From Octopus sinensis (taxonomy: Eukaryota): 64,000 nucleotides of DNA. The notes under the pieces are model-generated. The model was not told where the DNA came from. It saw only the letters and a program-made list of their open reading frames with translations, and ran no database searches. The stretch covers positions 94,054,001 through 94,118,000 of the forward strand of contig NC_043004.1 of the NCBI RefSeq assembly GCF_006345805.1, in the 5' to 3' direction. Below, piece by piece: positions 13,594 through 24,628 of the stretch (position 1 is the stretch's first letter; each line of letters opens with the position of its first letter). The translations under genes and the position numbers were made by a program.

Positions 13594-14180
13594 AAGTCCC
13601 CTTTTTAAGACAACTGTCACAGCGTATACCTGACGTGAACTGTTCTGCCAAGGGCAGCAAATATATTCTCAGGCTTCGTGTGTATATAAGGAACAATTAT
13701 AATGTTTCCTCCAGCATGAACATTTGTGTTAATTGGAGTTAATTACAGCAGAGCAGAGCCTTGTAATGAAGTAATATATAAACCAATATGTCAATGGTCG
13801 CCAACTTGACACTTTCTGGACAGATACAAGGAACTAGCATAACAAACGACTTGTCTTTTAAGAACAAACAGGGAATCACATACACAACGACGATGAAGAG
13901 AACAATGATGATAATGATACGTCACTATTTCTCCTATTCCTACTCCTTTTCCTTCTCCTTTCTCCCTTATCATCATCACAAGACCGCCACGCCAATGTCA
14001 ACGGTATGACAAGCAATTTGTCCGGCTGACTGCTCCCACCTCTCCTGGCGTCGGCTGTTAAACCCACCAGTGTTAAAACATTGGCAATCTTCGTTTCTGT
14101 CCGAATGGGACAGAATACTTCCCCTAACAGGCTCACACTCAGTGATGTTCAGTTTAAACCTCTATATAGAAAATATGGAG

Positions 14181-14433
14181 CAGTGTTTTTCAACCATTTT
14201 TTTTTTTACCTATGGAGCCTTTTCACTTGGATGGACCCTCATAGGCATTCGATGTTAAAAAAAAAAAGAAATATTGTATTTTTATAATTAGATATTATTA
14301 GGAATTGTATTTAAAAAAATGTGAAAATATTTTTTGTATTGTAGAAGCATAACTAATTTATTGCAGAATTTTTAACGAACAAAATTTTATATTGACCCTC
14401 AAGGGCCATATGGACCCCGGTTGAGAACCACTG
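14181..14433. mobile_element. hAT-type MITE
   Basis: TIRs cagtgtttttcaacc / ggttgagaaccactg. The 8-bp flanks are only partly alike (atatggag/gtctggtg). Confidence 0.75.
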
Positions 14434-14537
14434 GTCTGGTGGGCTACAGACTGATTAAGGTATTTTGTGCGGTGGGGTATGATAAAAAGAAGTTGTAGAA
14501 ATTGTAGAAAGAATGAAAGAATTTGCAGGTTTAAGGT

Positions 14538-14849
14538 AAAGTTACTTTCTCAAGTCATACCGACTCATAAAGGCCGGTTTCTCGGTATCATGGCGTATAA
14601 ATTCCCCAGTTGGATGGGACACAAGTCTGTTGTAGAATTATTCATTTTTGCCAGCTGAGTGGACTGGAGCAACGTGAAATGAAGTGTTTTGCTCAAGAAC
14701 GCAACGCGTCGCCCGATCCAGGAATCGAAACCTCAATATTACGATCATGACTGCAACAACTTAACCACTAAGCCACTCGCTTCCACAAAGTTACCTTTGC
14801 GAAATATGCCGACTCATAACACCCTAACCACTAAGCTACGTGCTTCCAC
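14538..14849 (-). mobile_element. SINE family E (tRNA head, D-type core, distinct tail) plus a 62-bp head-tail mini copy in tandem
   Basis: Full copy at 14538-14787 and mini copy at 14788-14849. Confidence 0.7.
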
Positions 14850-15711
14850 TAATTTGCTGGTTTGGGGGAATCCCATTCCCCCAAACGGCTTGGAAGTAGA
14901 GTTCAGTGTTGTATCACAGGAAGGAAAATTTAGAAGAAATAGTATCTGTACAAGGTAGCGGTTGTAGCTATTTAGTGAGTAAACGTTTCCCTATTTGTGT
15001 AAGGGATTTCATTTGGTTGCAGTTTAGAATGTTAGAGTGAAACAGCAGCATCTTCCCAGATATGTGAGCATTATTCCGATGTCGGTCTAAAATGTCTGCG
15101 TATATATGAGCAGTACGTATATGCATGTATGAGTAACACTGTCGTTGATGCATGAGTAATAATCTAATGCCGATCTAAGATGTTTGTGAGCGCAACAGCA
15201 GTATTGTCTTAGATATATGAGCAGTACGTCTAAGGTATTTGTGTATGTAACAGAACACTGTCCTACAGAAGATATTTTTGTAGATAACATCAGTAAAGTA
15301 CTAAATATGTGAGAAGTACTCTAATGTAACTCTCTCTCTTTTCTCTTTTACTTGTTTCAGTCATTTGACTGCGGCCATGCTGGAGCACCGCCTTTAGTCG
15401 AGCAAATCGACCCCGGAACTTATTCTTTGTAAGCCCAGTACTTATTCTATCGGTCTCTTTTGCTGAACCGCTAAGTGACGGGGACGTAAACACACCAGCA
15501 TCGGTTGTCAAGCAATGCTAGGGGGACAAACACACACACATACACACACATATATATACACATATATATACGACAGGCTTCTTTCAGTTTCCGTCTACCA
15601 AATCCACTCACAAGGCATTGGTCGGCCCGGGGCTATAGCAGAAGACACTTGCCCAAGATGCCACGCAGTGGGACTGAACCCGGAACTATGTGGTTGGTTA
15701 GCAAGCTACTT

Positions 15712-17732
15712 TATTTCAAAAATTTTTGCCACTAGGGCAGCACACAGAGTAGCTACGGGCTGGACAAGGACATTAATGAATGATGGTGATGGATGAAGAT
15801 GGTGATGGGAGAAGACAAAAGCGCCCGCCGGCTTTCGCTTCTCTAAGACATTGTTCAAAATTTACAATCAATACAATAGTTACAAATTTTAAAGGAGGCA
15901 ATGAACCCCCTCTTCAACATGTTACAAAATGTTCCAAAAAGCCTATGTAACCCGGCCGACCATCGCTCTTACCTCATCGAGGCAATAATCGCTGGTCAGG
16001 TCGGGGTCCATAGGTATGATCTTGTATGAGTCCACCGGGAAGGAACCCACGATCCTGCCTAGATTACCCCTTCCTACGACCTCCGCAGTCAACTGCGAAG
16101 TCCACTTGGGGTCCTCCGTACAGGACCGGAGTCCCTCCCAATGTCCTCTCTTTCTCAATTTGTGTACGGTGTTCTCCTTTGAAAAAGAGGAGCACAAAGT
16201 CTTCTACAAATTGTCCCTCAGGCGGCACACCCGCCCGAGAGGACCCGGGAGACTCGGGAGACGCCGTCTGCGTATCACAATCCGCCGGCGGCGTTCCGTT
16301 TCTCCTTTTTTTCTTATTTTTTTGGCCTTGGGCCACGGGAGGTTGAGGTTCCGGAGCTGCACGTACCGGGTTCTCCTCTCCCGCAGCTTTCAGGTCCTTT
16401 GGTGGGTCGCCATTGCTCCCCACCTTTCTCTTTCTTTTGGAGGAAGTTTTTTCCCCCTCCTCATTTTGTTTCTCTCCCTCCATTGAGGAGGCAGGGAGAG
16501 GCTCCGATATCAGCCGCTCCAGGATCCTACTCTGGTCCCTGGGGCAGTTCTTCTTGATGTGGCCGGTCTCCAAACACAGGTGACACTTGGTGGGGGGGGG
16601 GGCGTCCCTCAAGCATCACCGGATACTTGGACCCGGCCATCCTCAAAAAGTCCGGCAAAACCAGACTCTTGGCTGACTGGGTCCATAGGGTCAAAGTAGC
16701 CTTTGACCCCTCCCAATCAGCCGCGGGCTGTATTCTAACATTTATGATCTTAGTGCTACTATCACCCAGACCCCGGCGGATAGAGTCTTCTATCCACTCG
16801 GGTTCAAAGCCGGGTGGCAGGCCGCAGATCCATAGTCTTGTTAATTTTTCTCCCTTGTAACTAATGAGAAATAAAATCTCTTTGCCCTCAATGGGCTTGC
16901 TTGCGAAATCGCAAGCTGCTTTTGGGGAGTCAAACAGCAACCAAACCGTCGCGTATTTGGCTCCCCGTGCAATGTGTTTCACGACTGGCATATAATCTGC
17001 CAGCTCGTCAATTATTTTTGCCTTCGGAAAGACCGCGATGGTGTTGAGCGACTTCGAATAAGTCCTCAGTACCACGGTCTTATCCTCCAGCTGTTTTAAA
17101 TACTTTTTGGGAGCTTCCAGCTCCCACACATTTAGTTCTTTTGCCATTTTTAACAAAATGGAATGACAGTTCAATAGGAGCAAAACAAATGCGACAGAAA
17201 GTAAGAAGAGAAAAGAAATGGAAACGAAGAATTACAGTAAAAATACAGTTCAGAGTTCAAATAAAGGATAGCTAGAAGAAAGAGAGTTCAAATTTGGCAA
17301 AGAATTAATATTTTTTTGGCCGAAAAGGTAGTCCAGGCCAAGCGTCAACGGCAAACCTTGGTTATTCTTGGTACTTCCAAAAAAAAACAGTCTTCGAATA
17401 TCCCTGGTGCCTCCTGGTAATCCAAAAGTGAATCAATATTTTTGAGGAGGGGCTACGCCTCCTCAAAAAACACAATACTCACTAAAAAGTGAGACTTTAA
17501 ATTCGACAACAGGCAGAAAAAATATATCTGGAGCAAAGTGAAGTTTATTACCCGCAAAAAAATATTAATGCTAAATAACATTAACTGCTAAATAACATTA
17601 AAAGCAAGCAATAAACCTCACTAAGCTCCTAAAAATATAAAACGTCCTACCTGTCGTCGTCAAAAAGTTCAATATTTCACGTGGCAACACGTGACATTCG
17701 GAGTAGCAAAAAAACACGTCCGACCAAGTCGA
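15712..17732 (-). mobile_element. ORF1-only non-LTR retroelement (half-L1/HAL1-like)
   Basis: Flanked by a 17-bp direct repeat, tggttagcaagctactt (15695-15711) and tggttagcgagctactt (17733-17749), which splits a SINE A head. Layout is a 585-nt 5' UTR, ORF1 and a 352-nt 3' region ending at AATAAA overlapping the junction. No RT or endonuclease motifs are visible. Confidence 0.8.
16064..17147 (-). CDS. L1/Tx1-like ORF1 (gag-like nucleic-acid-binding protein, RRM-like region plus CCHC zinc knuckle), about 360 aa if one +1 homopolymer frameshift is corrected
   Basis: Track ORFs 16527-17183 and 16064-16612 join across a G11 run (16592-16602) to give ...RLWICGLPPGFEPEWI...YPVMLEGRPPP/TKCHLCLETGHIKKNC.... 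xEGRP followed by CX2CX4HX4C is typical of L1/Tx1 ORF1. First ATG is at 17147; a K/E/P-rich tail follows. Confidence 0.8.
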
Positions 17733-18265
17733 TGGTTAGCGAGCTACTTACCACACAGCCACTCCTGCGCCTGTAAGTGTAAGATGTTTGTGTGTGTAAC
17801 GGGTACACTGATACATATTGACAAGGTGTAGCCTAAATGTAGGCTCAGTGTGGTCGTGGATGTAGTAGAGCATCGTCTCAGATACTTGAGCAGTTCTTTA
17901 ATTATGCTTAGTGATGTTTGCATATACAGTAACACTGATCCTGATATGAGCTAGCTTTCTCTTTGCTTGGCTGCTTCGAATCAAATTCAATAACGGTGAA
18001 ATTCCAGTAATTAGAATTTGCTTGGACTTTCCATTTGCTCAAGAAACTTTGGATATTGTTCAGTTGAACCATTTTACACGCTTCATTTTACATAAATGCT
18101 TTGTATTTAGAACAAATCATTTATAAGAATTGGTTGCACAATCTCATTTTCAGAACAACTCGCAGTTTTCTTTAATTTCGTTCTTCCTTATCATGAAGAC
18201 TCAAGTATAGACAGGAAGATGATTTCACTGCTACAGTAACAAGCATACATATCCTTGTTGTCTTA

Positions 18266-18447
18266 CACATCGCTTGACAACCGATGTTGATGTGTTTACG
18301 TCCCTATAACTTAGCGGTTAGGCAAAAGAGACAGAATAAGTACCAGGCTTACAAAGAATAAGTGCTGGGATCGATTCGTTCGACTAAAGGTGGTGCTCCA
18401 GCATGGTCTCAGTCAAATGACTGAAACAAGTAAAAGAATAGAAGAAT
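18266..18447 (+). mobile_element. SINE family A, 3' half
   Basis: Matches the portion downstream of the internal microsatellite. Confidence 0.85.
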
Positions 18448-19813
18448 ATATATATACATACACACACTAGCTCAAAAGCCTCCTATCGGGCGGCTTTTGA
18501 GCTTGCTCCTGTGGAGGGCTCTTTATTGGACCAAACAATGACATTTCATGCATTGAATACATTTATTAAACCAGACCAATATTTTTCAAGCAATGAAGAA
18601 TTTTCATCAAAACAATGATATAATTTGTCGGCTTGGAATTTATTGCAAAGCTGCATTATAAACAATATTATTATCTTCTAATTCGAGCGCCAGTACAATA
18701 TTTTTTCTGTCTAACTTCTTTCTTTGTCTCTCTCTCTCTCTCTCTCTGTTGACTTTTTCTAACCATCACTATTACCACCACAAGCCCCATTCAGACTTCT
18801 GACGCCACCACCATCAATACCATTGACTTCACCGCCTTCCCCTCCACCACCATCACCACTGTCTTTCACACCACTTTTACCATTGTCCCTAACTGCTTCA
18901 GCTACCAAAACCACCATCACCACCACCACCACCACACCACCATCATCAGCGTCGTCTCCGCCTCTATCACAATTGCATCTCATGCCATTACTATTACCCC
19001 AATCACCATCACAACCGTCAATTTACTCCTTTCTCTAGGCCTACTGTTACTCTCACCCTAACATGAGCAATAGCAGGAATGTCAATGAATAGTGGGAGAG
19101 GGGGTCGAAGTGTGATGCACTGACACACAGAAATTAGTTTTTGCATTATGTATATATATATACACGAACATATATACATATATATATATATACACACGAT
19201 ATTTGATTTGGAAAAACATATATATATATATATATACACGATCAAACGCACATATACACATATATATATCTGTGCACATACACTCACATTCATATGTATA
19301 TATGCAGCAAAATCATGCAGGTGTACATATAAACATGCGTTCATATATGCTAATATATACACAGACATATACGCATATACTACTACTCAAACAAATCGAT
19401 ACTCAAAAGAAAAGAGAAAAAGTAGCCTTAATGGTCTGAATATCTTGGACATCGGTCAGGCTAGCCTGTTTGCTTAAAAATATTAATGCACTCTTAGCAA
19501 TGCGTTAATTGGTTATGTATTAATGTTGCTAGGATTGGTTAACGTATGTAAGTAACAATGCTTGATATTTGAGTTGGAAAAACAAAATAATAACACGATG
19601 GTTAGTGACAATAATGATTAGCTTGGGGTCAGTAAGTGCAGTGAACTTCCAGTCTGCATTCAAATATTGTTATTGTATTTTTATGTAATTACTGAAATGT
19701 TCCTCAATTGGCGTGTAATATTGCGACATGCTCGCTATCGTTGTTAACTACCTGTAAATAAAATAGAAAAAATCAATATACATAGGTATTTGCTTGTACG
19801 CGTGTGTGTGAGT

Positions 19814-19834
19814 ATATGTATGTATGTATGTATA

Positions 19835-19870
<36 letters not shown>

Positions 19871-20080
19871 TGTATGTATGTATGTATGTATGTATGTATG
19901 TATGTATGTATGTATGTATGTATGTATGTATGTATGTATGTGTGTATGTATGTATGTATGTATGTATGTGTGTGTATGTATGTATGTATGTATGTATGTA
20001 TGTATGTGTGTGTATGTATGTATGTATGTATGTATGTATGTGTGTATGTATGTATGTATGTATGTATGTATGTATGTATG

Positions 20081-20114
<34 letters not shown>

Positions 20115-20297
20115 TGTATGTATGTGTGTGTATGTATGTATGTATGTATGTATGTATGTATGTGTGTATGTATGTATGTATGTATGTATGTATGTATGTA
20201 TGTATGTATGTGTGTGTATGTATGTATGTATGTATGTATGTATGTATGTGTGTATGTATGTATGTATGTATGTATGTATGTATGTATGTATGTATGT
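19814..20297. repeat. (TATG)n array of about 480 bp
   Basis: Direct reading; ends at a SINE A head. Confidence 0.97.
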
Positions 20298-20664
20298 CAG
20301 GAGTGGCTGTGTGGTAAGTAGCTTGCTAACCAACCACATGGTTCCGGGTTCAGTCCCACTGCGTGGCATCTTGGGCAAGTGTCTTCTGCTATAGCCTCGG
20401 GCCGACCAAAGCCTTGTGAGTGGATTTGGTAGACGGAAACTGAAAGAAGCTTGTCGTATATATATATATATAAGTGTGTGTGTATATGTTTGTGTGTCTG
20501 TGTTTGTCCCCGTTACTTAGCGGTTCGGCAAAAGAGACCGATAGAATAAGTACTGGGCTTACAAAGAATAAGTCCCGGGGTTGATTTGCTCGACTAAAGG
20601 TGGTGCTCCAGCATGGCCGCAGTCAAATGACTGAAACAAGTAAAAGAGTAAAAGAGTAAAAGAG
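20298..20664 (+). mobile_element. SINE family A copy with an internal deletion of about 40 bp
   Basis: The deletion lies between two GTCCCC motifs. Confidence 0.9.
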
Positions 20665-20869
20665 TATGTGTGTATGTATGTATGTATACAACACATACAT
20701 ACATACACACACACGCTCACACATACACATTTATATATATTCTCTTATTCCTTTATTCTTTTACTTGTTTCAGTCATTTGACTGCGGCCATGCGAGGAGA
20801 CGCAAAACCAGTCTCAACCCTCCTGTACTTGAACCAGTGGAACATTCAGGAAATGACAGCTGGATGGAG

Positions 20870-20919
<50 letters not shown>

Positions 20920-21039
20920 TAAGACTGACAGACAGACAGACATACAGAGCTACTCCAGCATTTAGTTCGTTCTCGTTTTTAAGATGAGTGTACGTGAGCA
21001 ACATGATATATAAAGTACCTTGCTCCTGGATATAATATA

Positions 21040-21073
<34 letters not shown>

Positions 21074-21615
21074 CGCGCGCGTGTTTGTGTGTGTCTGTGT
21101 GTCTTATGTATGTGCCTGTTTGTCTCTGAGTGTAAACAGAATTTTGCAATAGATTTGTAAACTAAATTTAGGAATATTTCTACATATGAGCTGTATGATC
21201 TCAAGAGTATAAATTCTTTTGGAGATTATTTACGGCTGATTATTTCAACCTTTACATTAATTCTTCATTAAATATTTTCTTCTCATCTCTTCTGAAGCAC
21301 AAACACAGAATTGTATTCGTAAATTCCCACAGGGTCTTTCTTACTATGAATGACGGAATTCTATTGTTTAAATTTGTTATCACGTCATCAGGGGATACAA
21401 AAGAAATGACGAGAAACGAGTTTATTGTTATCTTACAGCATCCCTGCCAGTCATCCGTTTATATAAGGATATCATTAAAAATAGACAATGTGATACGTTA
21501 ACTAAATTACAAAAGATTGAAACAACTTCATGTCAAAACTTAAGAAAACTACATTTCGAATGTATCTTTATCACTATTAAAGAATATTGTATTATTCTTT
21601 CAATACTAATATATA

Positions 21616-21936
21616 TATATGGAATTGTCTCAGTACGTTGTCAACACAGCTGGTGTTGACTGCGACTCCAAGCTCCTCTTGAACACGGGATTTGATGTCT
21701 TTGAGGCGTAGTAAGCAATTAGCATCTACCCATGACAAGATGATCTCTTTCTGTTCATGTGTAAGAATAGATCTCTTGTCTCCGCCTCTTTTTCAGGCAG
21801 CAGAAGAACCAGTCTCGTCGAAACGTTTGATCATGTTCCAAACAGTGGTGTATTTAAGGGAAAATGATCGCGCGATATCCTTTGCAGCCATTCCGGAGCG
21901 TGATTTTTCGCAAATTCTTCTTCGGACCATCAGCTT
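21616..21936 (-). pseudogene. IS630/Tc1-like transposase N-terminal HTH fragment
   Basis: My minus-strand translation is VRRRICEKSRSGMAAKDIARSFSLKYTTVWNMIKRFDETGSSAA*KRGGDKRSILTHEQKEIILSWVDANCLLRLKDIKSRVQEELGVAVNTSCVDNVLRQFH, with one TGA at 21793-21795. It is truncated before the DDE domain. Confidence 0.8.
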
Positions 21937-22042
21937 TGAATACAAATTTTATAATGAATGGGCCGATACACATGCACGCGTTGTAACTTCATCCCTCCCC
22001 TCCCCCAAAATTGCATAAAATTGCTTTAAAGCGCGGGTTTAT

Positions 22043-22742
22043 GCTACATCCTCCCGTTCCCCGTGGTATGTCTTTTAACTAGACTGTCTACTGTACATGG
22101 CATGCACGTGTCTTAGATGACACGTGGACGCATTCAGGCAGGTCGTTATATCAGGATTAGTATGAGCTCATTTTTTCCTTTATGCCTACGTATGGTGAAT
22201 TGCTATTAGTAATAGTATTATGCAAAAGTAACTATGCTATTCGAGCTTTCTATTCGAATTTTACCCAAGAGCGACCTTAAAAGAACCAGTCCGCTCGCTT
22301 TGAGGAGCAGCAATTTGAATAATTTTTTAACAAAAATGTGACTTCATAAATCGGTTGTAAAGAGCAAAGAGCTTACTATTCGAGTTTATCCAACTCGAGT
22401 TTGTTGTCCCAAGCTCGGGGTAAGATCGAAGTTCGAGTGACACTGGGCTCTACTGCAGGCGTTAAATAAGATAGACATGTATTCCCTTATGGCTAATGTA
22501 GTTTCACTCTCTTTTTTTTTTTTTGTCAAGGCTCACGCTCCAATTTCGAGAAACTAGCTCGAATCGATTTGTGGTCATCGAATATTCTTTCGAGGTGAAA
22601 ACTCCTACTTTCTACCGTTTGCAACACTTCAGCGCATGCCTGTTGACCGTTTTCTGCGTTTTAGCTTGTCCCTTTGAAAAATTCAAATTTGATTGCAAAG
22701 AATTCAAATTTGATGGCAAAGAATCCAAACTAGATCGAAAAC
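22043..22742 (-). repeat. Dispersed repeat with about 21-bp subrepeats; probable 5' non-coding region of the adjacent IS630/Tc1-like element
   Basis: Three blocks are near-identical to 37331-37703 in inverted orientation. Contains tandem caaatttgattgcaaagaatt-like units. Confidence 0.65.
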
Positions 22743-22994
22743 ATATATATATATATACATGCGATGGTTTTTGAGAATCAGCGTCGATTTTTACAATTCT
22801 ATAAATAATAATAATAGTATTTTATAAGCTTTAAAGCTTATTAGCGATTACCGCGCTTATAGTCTAAATAATGGGGCATACAAGCCCTCGACGGAAAACC
22901 TACTTTTTTCTCGTCGAGGGTTTATATGTCCCATTATTAGAGCACTTTCTTTAGTCATTGTACGGTGACTGCTTCAAAGCTTTGAAACATATAA

Positions 22995-23036
<42 letters not shown>

Positions 23037-23047
23037 TATATATATAG

Positions 23048-23220
23048 TTAATCCAAACAAGAAAACACAGAAAAAAAAACACAGCAACGCGAGGACGTGG
23101 AACAATTAAAGTATTATTTGACGCTCAGGAAAGAAGGGAAGGAGGGATTTTAAAGTTTCGAGCGGAGCTCTTCGTCGGAAACAAAGGAGAAGGAAAGATC
23201 CCGAGAAGGGAAGACAGAGG
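23048..23220 (-). mobile_element. Penelope-like terminal-repeat remnant with a degenerate hammerhead-like motif
   Basis: Minus strand CCGACGAAGAGCTCCGCTCGAAAC at 23155-23178; abuts (TA)n. Confidence 0.45.
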
Positions 23221-24207
23221 AAAAAAATTTTTTTGCTGGTGGTGCTCAAGAGATCACGACCATATCATATGGAACCACTTTTGGTTTGTTAATTCTATCA
23301 CATAGGTGAGACAGCGTAAAACGCACGCTCTTAAACAACGGACTGAGTGAGTGAGTGGCAACAGAAGAATTAAAACGAGGGTGTGTAGAATAATGAGGTG
23401 TTCAGGACACTGTTCGGTGGCAGGCTAATGCTTAAGACAACTAATGAGTTGATAAGAAATTTGCATAGACTCCAAAGTCATTAGGTGTATTGTAGAGTTC
23501 AGCTAAATAATCTGTCGCTTGATTTGAAATATACGCATTGAAGATTCTGAAGGTCAAATTACGTTATGGAATGAAGTATACTTAGAAAGAATGGCAATTA
23601 CTTAATTACTATGGGAAAAAGTTGTTATATTATAATTTATATTTGTATCATAATTATTTTTCTTTTTTCCATGCTCAAATGGTTTACCATGAACATTTGC
23701 CATCCGGCCAAAGAAAAATGGACACTTTGACGCATGTAACAGGGGCAGCTGGCATAATTAATTATACTTGTTGGTATATCTATGTACAGTATGTATTGCA
23801 TTATGCTTGTAACGAAGGCTTATATACGGCTCTGGGTCGGAATGTGGACAATCGATCCTTTTCAGATAAAGATTTTCAGAGCTAAACTGGAGTACATAAC
23901 CGGTGGAAAATTCAAACGTACAACAGCGCTGAAATAAACATCGTTTTTTTTACATGCACAGTCCTACTATGCGTGTATGTATGTAAACATGTACACACGA
24001 ATGTATGTATACATGTATGCTTGTGTGTGTATGTATGAATGGATGAATGTATGTATGCTGGACGACTAACCGCTTTTTTAAAGCTCAATAATAACATATT
24101 ACACTCCTAGAAAACTATATCTGGTAATGCATTATAATAATGTGCGCGTGTGTGTGTATGCATAAATACTTTCATTTGCATCAAGTTCTAACGTATAGGT
24201 TACACAT

Positions 24208-24628
<421 letters not shown>

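Larger units (their letters stand above)
15331..17775 (-). mobile_element. SINE family A copy split by the ORF1-only element (15331-15711 and 17733-17775)
   Basis: The two halves rejoin into the consensus once the insert and one TSD copy are removed. Confidence 0.9.

Noticed and set aside
16016-16860. Plus-strand ORFs 16016-16486, 16026-16346 and 16627-16860
   Set aside because: Antisense shadows of the GC-richer ORF1 on the minus strand.
21692-22018. 108-aa plus-strand ORF with a strong-looking acceptor at 21796
   Set aside because: Antisense to the IS630/Tc1-like transposase fragment, which explains the sequence better.
23622-23885. ORF containing YACNEG, reminiscent of a sushi/CCP domain
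   Set aside because: The other CCP Cys/Trp residues are missing and the splice sites are ambiguous.
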